NCBI GenBank assembly: GCA_040954595.2
Contig: CM082581.2
Location: forward strand, 2,534,699 to 2,598,698
Direction: 5' to 3'
Length of the DNA: 64,000 nt
Source: Balanoglossus misakiensis
Taxonomy: Eukaryota > Animalia > Hemichordata
The notes beneath the pieces were generated by a model that ran no database searches, was not told the origin of the DNA, and saw nothing but the letters and a program-made list of their open reading frames with translations. The position numbers were made by a program, and so were the translations under genes. The stretch's first letter is position 1. Every line of letters starts with the position of its first letter. Below, in pieces: positions 61,906 through 64,000 of the stretch.

Positions 61906-62489
61906 GGTCTACGGCGCGCCAAGTGTTTCAAAATTATTTATCATTATTTTATAGAAAATTGATGTCTTTTAACAAAAAAAATACGTAAAAAACACAAAAA
62001 ACTGATTGGTGGTTTAAAAAACAACGAGTGTAAAAAGTAATCCATCGTGGAGTCAAAAAAAACAAAAACAACAAAAAAAAACACTAACACACACAGAAGA
62101 AAATCTCACCTATTGTAAAAAAAAACCACCAAGCTCACCAAAAAATACGCCCACAAGGCAGTTGAAAAAAAAAATCACTTATGTGTCACAAAAAAACTAC
62201 GCGCACATTTTTCACGAAAAACGCACACTTCATCCCCACAAAAAATACACACAAAGTATTAAAAAGAACACTCTTTGAAAAAAAAGAGAGACTACAACTT
62301 GAAAAAAATGCATACCCCCAGAACAAACAACACAGGCAAACATAGAAAAAACACGAACATGTTAGCCATAAAAAACGGAGATATTTGTCACCGAAAAAAA
62401 ACCCCGCACTCATGTCACCCTAAAACTAACGGACCGCTTTAAAAAACGCAGATGCACTGAGGTTGCAAAAATAAGCACATTTCTAATCC

Positions 62490-62945
62490 CCCGAAAAAAA
62501 AACAGGCAATTTGAAAAAAACGCACAGCAATTTGCAAAAAAAAATATATTGGAACATTTGTCACCCAAAAAAACAAGCAATTTGAAAAAAAAAACGCAGA
62601 GCAATTTGCAAAAAAAAAAAATATAGGAACATTTGTCACCCAAAAAAACAAGCAATTTGAAAAAAAAAAACGCAGAGCAATTTGCAAAAAAAAAAATATA
62701 GGAACATTTGTCACCCAAAAAAAACAGGCAATTTGAAAAAAAAACGCAGAGCAATTTGCAAAAAAAAAAAAAATATAGGAACATTTGTCACCCAAAAAAA
62801 CAGGCAATTTGAAAAAAAAACGCAGAGCAATTTGCAAAAAAAAAAAATAATAGGAACATTTGTCACCCAAAAAACAGGCAATTTGAAAAAAAAAAACACG
62901 ATATAAAATTTGAAAAAAAAATATATAGGCATATTTGTCACCCAA
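62490..62945. repeat. A-rich minisatellite, ~75-77-bp unit, ~6 copies
   Basis: GGAACATTTGTCACCC near 62551, 62626, 62701, 62778 and 62852; variable A-runs. Confidence 0.95.
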
Positions 62946-64000
62946 AATATTCAGGCAGATCCAAGTTGTAAAAAATGGTATATTTGTCATCCAAAAAATA
63001 AAACAAGCGTGTTTAAAAAAAACGAGCATTCAGTTGTAAAAATAAATAATAGTCTTTAACAACTTGAAAAAAGAAAACGGACGCACTTGAAAGAATAGCG
63101 TATGCGCATGCGCCGAAAAAAAAATGAGTGAGAAATGCGCTCCAAAAAAAAAAAAGTGAGAGATTTTGCTAGAGGAGTCTGGGTAATCTTAAAAAAAAAC
63201 AGAGTGTGAAAATAAGTTGACTCGAAGAAGAGAAAAGAAAGGGGAAACACACAAACCGTCACACAGGACAAACAACAGTCTCCTCATCGCCGAGGCGTAC
63301 GCGTGATGATATGACAAGTGTTTACGTCTGTGAGGTGGTGTGTGTATGTGTCGGATAGAACGCGAGTCGACTAGAATCCGAGTCGACTGAAGGTTACTGT
63401 GGTGGACGCGAATATGTGGTCGCCATTGTGGGATTCCTTCGTGAAGGAAGTGAAGCCACTTGTTCGGGACCACATAAACATGATACCGTCATGATACCAC
63501 ACAGTCAAACATGACACCACTGGCACTACGTCCGCGGTTTGCTATTCTAGATTTGGTCTACAGAAATCGTGAAATTTGTAGCATAATCATCTGTGATGTA
63601 AGACAAATCTAAACCCCAAACGGCAGAACTGAACGTTGCCCATAACGTAAGAGTTGGCATGGTGCCCACAACTAATACTGTCTTCTGTGCAGTACTAGCG
63701 AACTATACAAAAAATCAGCTCAGTTTTGACAACTTATAAATATTGGAAAAAAATATTTTATTTAGAAACTGTTTGTTATTTGTTGTATTTTTCAAAGTGA
63801 GGTATGAATGACCTTCGGGAAATCGTTGTCATGTGTATGAATTCACCGCAAATCGTTTGTTTACATTTGGCTGGTAAAAGGTCAAATACCCCAAAGGAGT
63901 CGCTCAGTCCATAATTAGTTGATCGTCTCCGCGTCATCCGCGTTGAAACTCTGTGTACTGTACAAAAGAATATGGAAAGTTATTGTACGTTTCAGCATCA

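Noticed and set aside
62186-63029. Phe-rich ORFs up to 196 aa
   Set aside because: They are translations of the A-rich minisatellite.

Overview
AT-rich, intron-containing animal genomic DNA. The repeat and gene types suggest a marine invertebrate, possibly a deuterostome; this is inference only. The window is dominated by transposable elements and damaged genes. (1) 1.2-20 kb, minus strand: an EGF-Ca/mucin-like (fibulin-like) gene with duplicated exons, a ~5-kb internal tandem duplication and at least one premature stop. (2) 36.5-42.7 kb, plus strand: a spliced, decayed DDE-type gene whose motif order and spacing match the RAG1/Transib catalytic core. It also carries a SAP-like motif and a C-terminal Sld2/RECQL4-N-like motif, and is split by a TTAA MITE whose removal restores the frame. 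(3) 46.4-51.3 kb, plus strand: an 11-exon Kolobok-type transposase pseudogene. (4) 57.7-59.0 kb, minus strand: a DAPK/Roco-like COR plus death-domain terminal exon with one frameshift. (5) Gypsy, RTEX-like and Tx1/L1 fragments, TTAA (Kolobok/piggyBac-like), TA and 7-bp-TSD MITEs, and Helentron-type HINEs with internal satellites. (6) A recurring class of 'long foldback + short-IR body' elements, two families of which share a CGAGCCGYAGGCGAG hairpin apex. No rRNA, intact tRNA or CRISPR array is supported. All family assignments come from reading motifs by eye, not from database searches.
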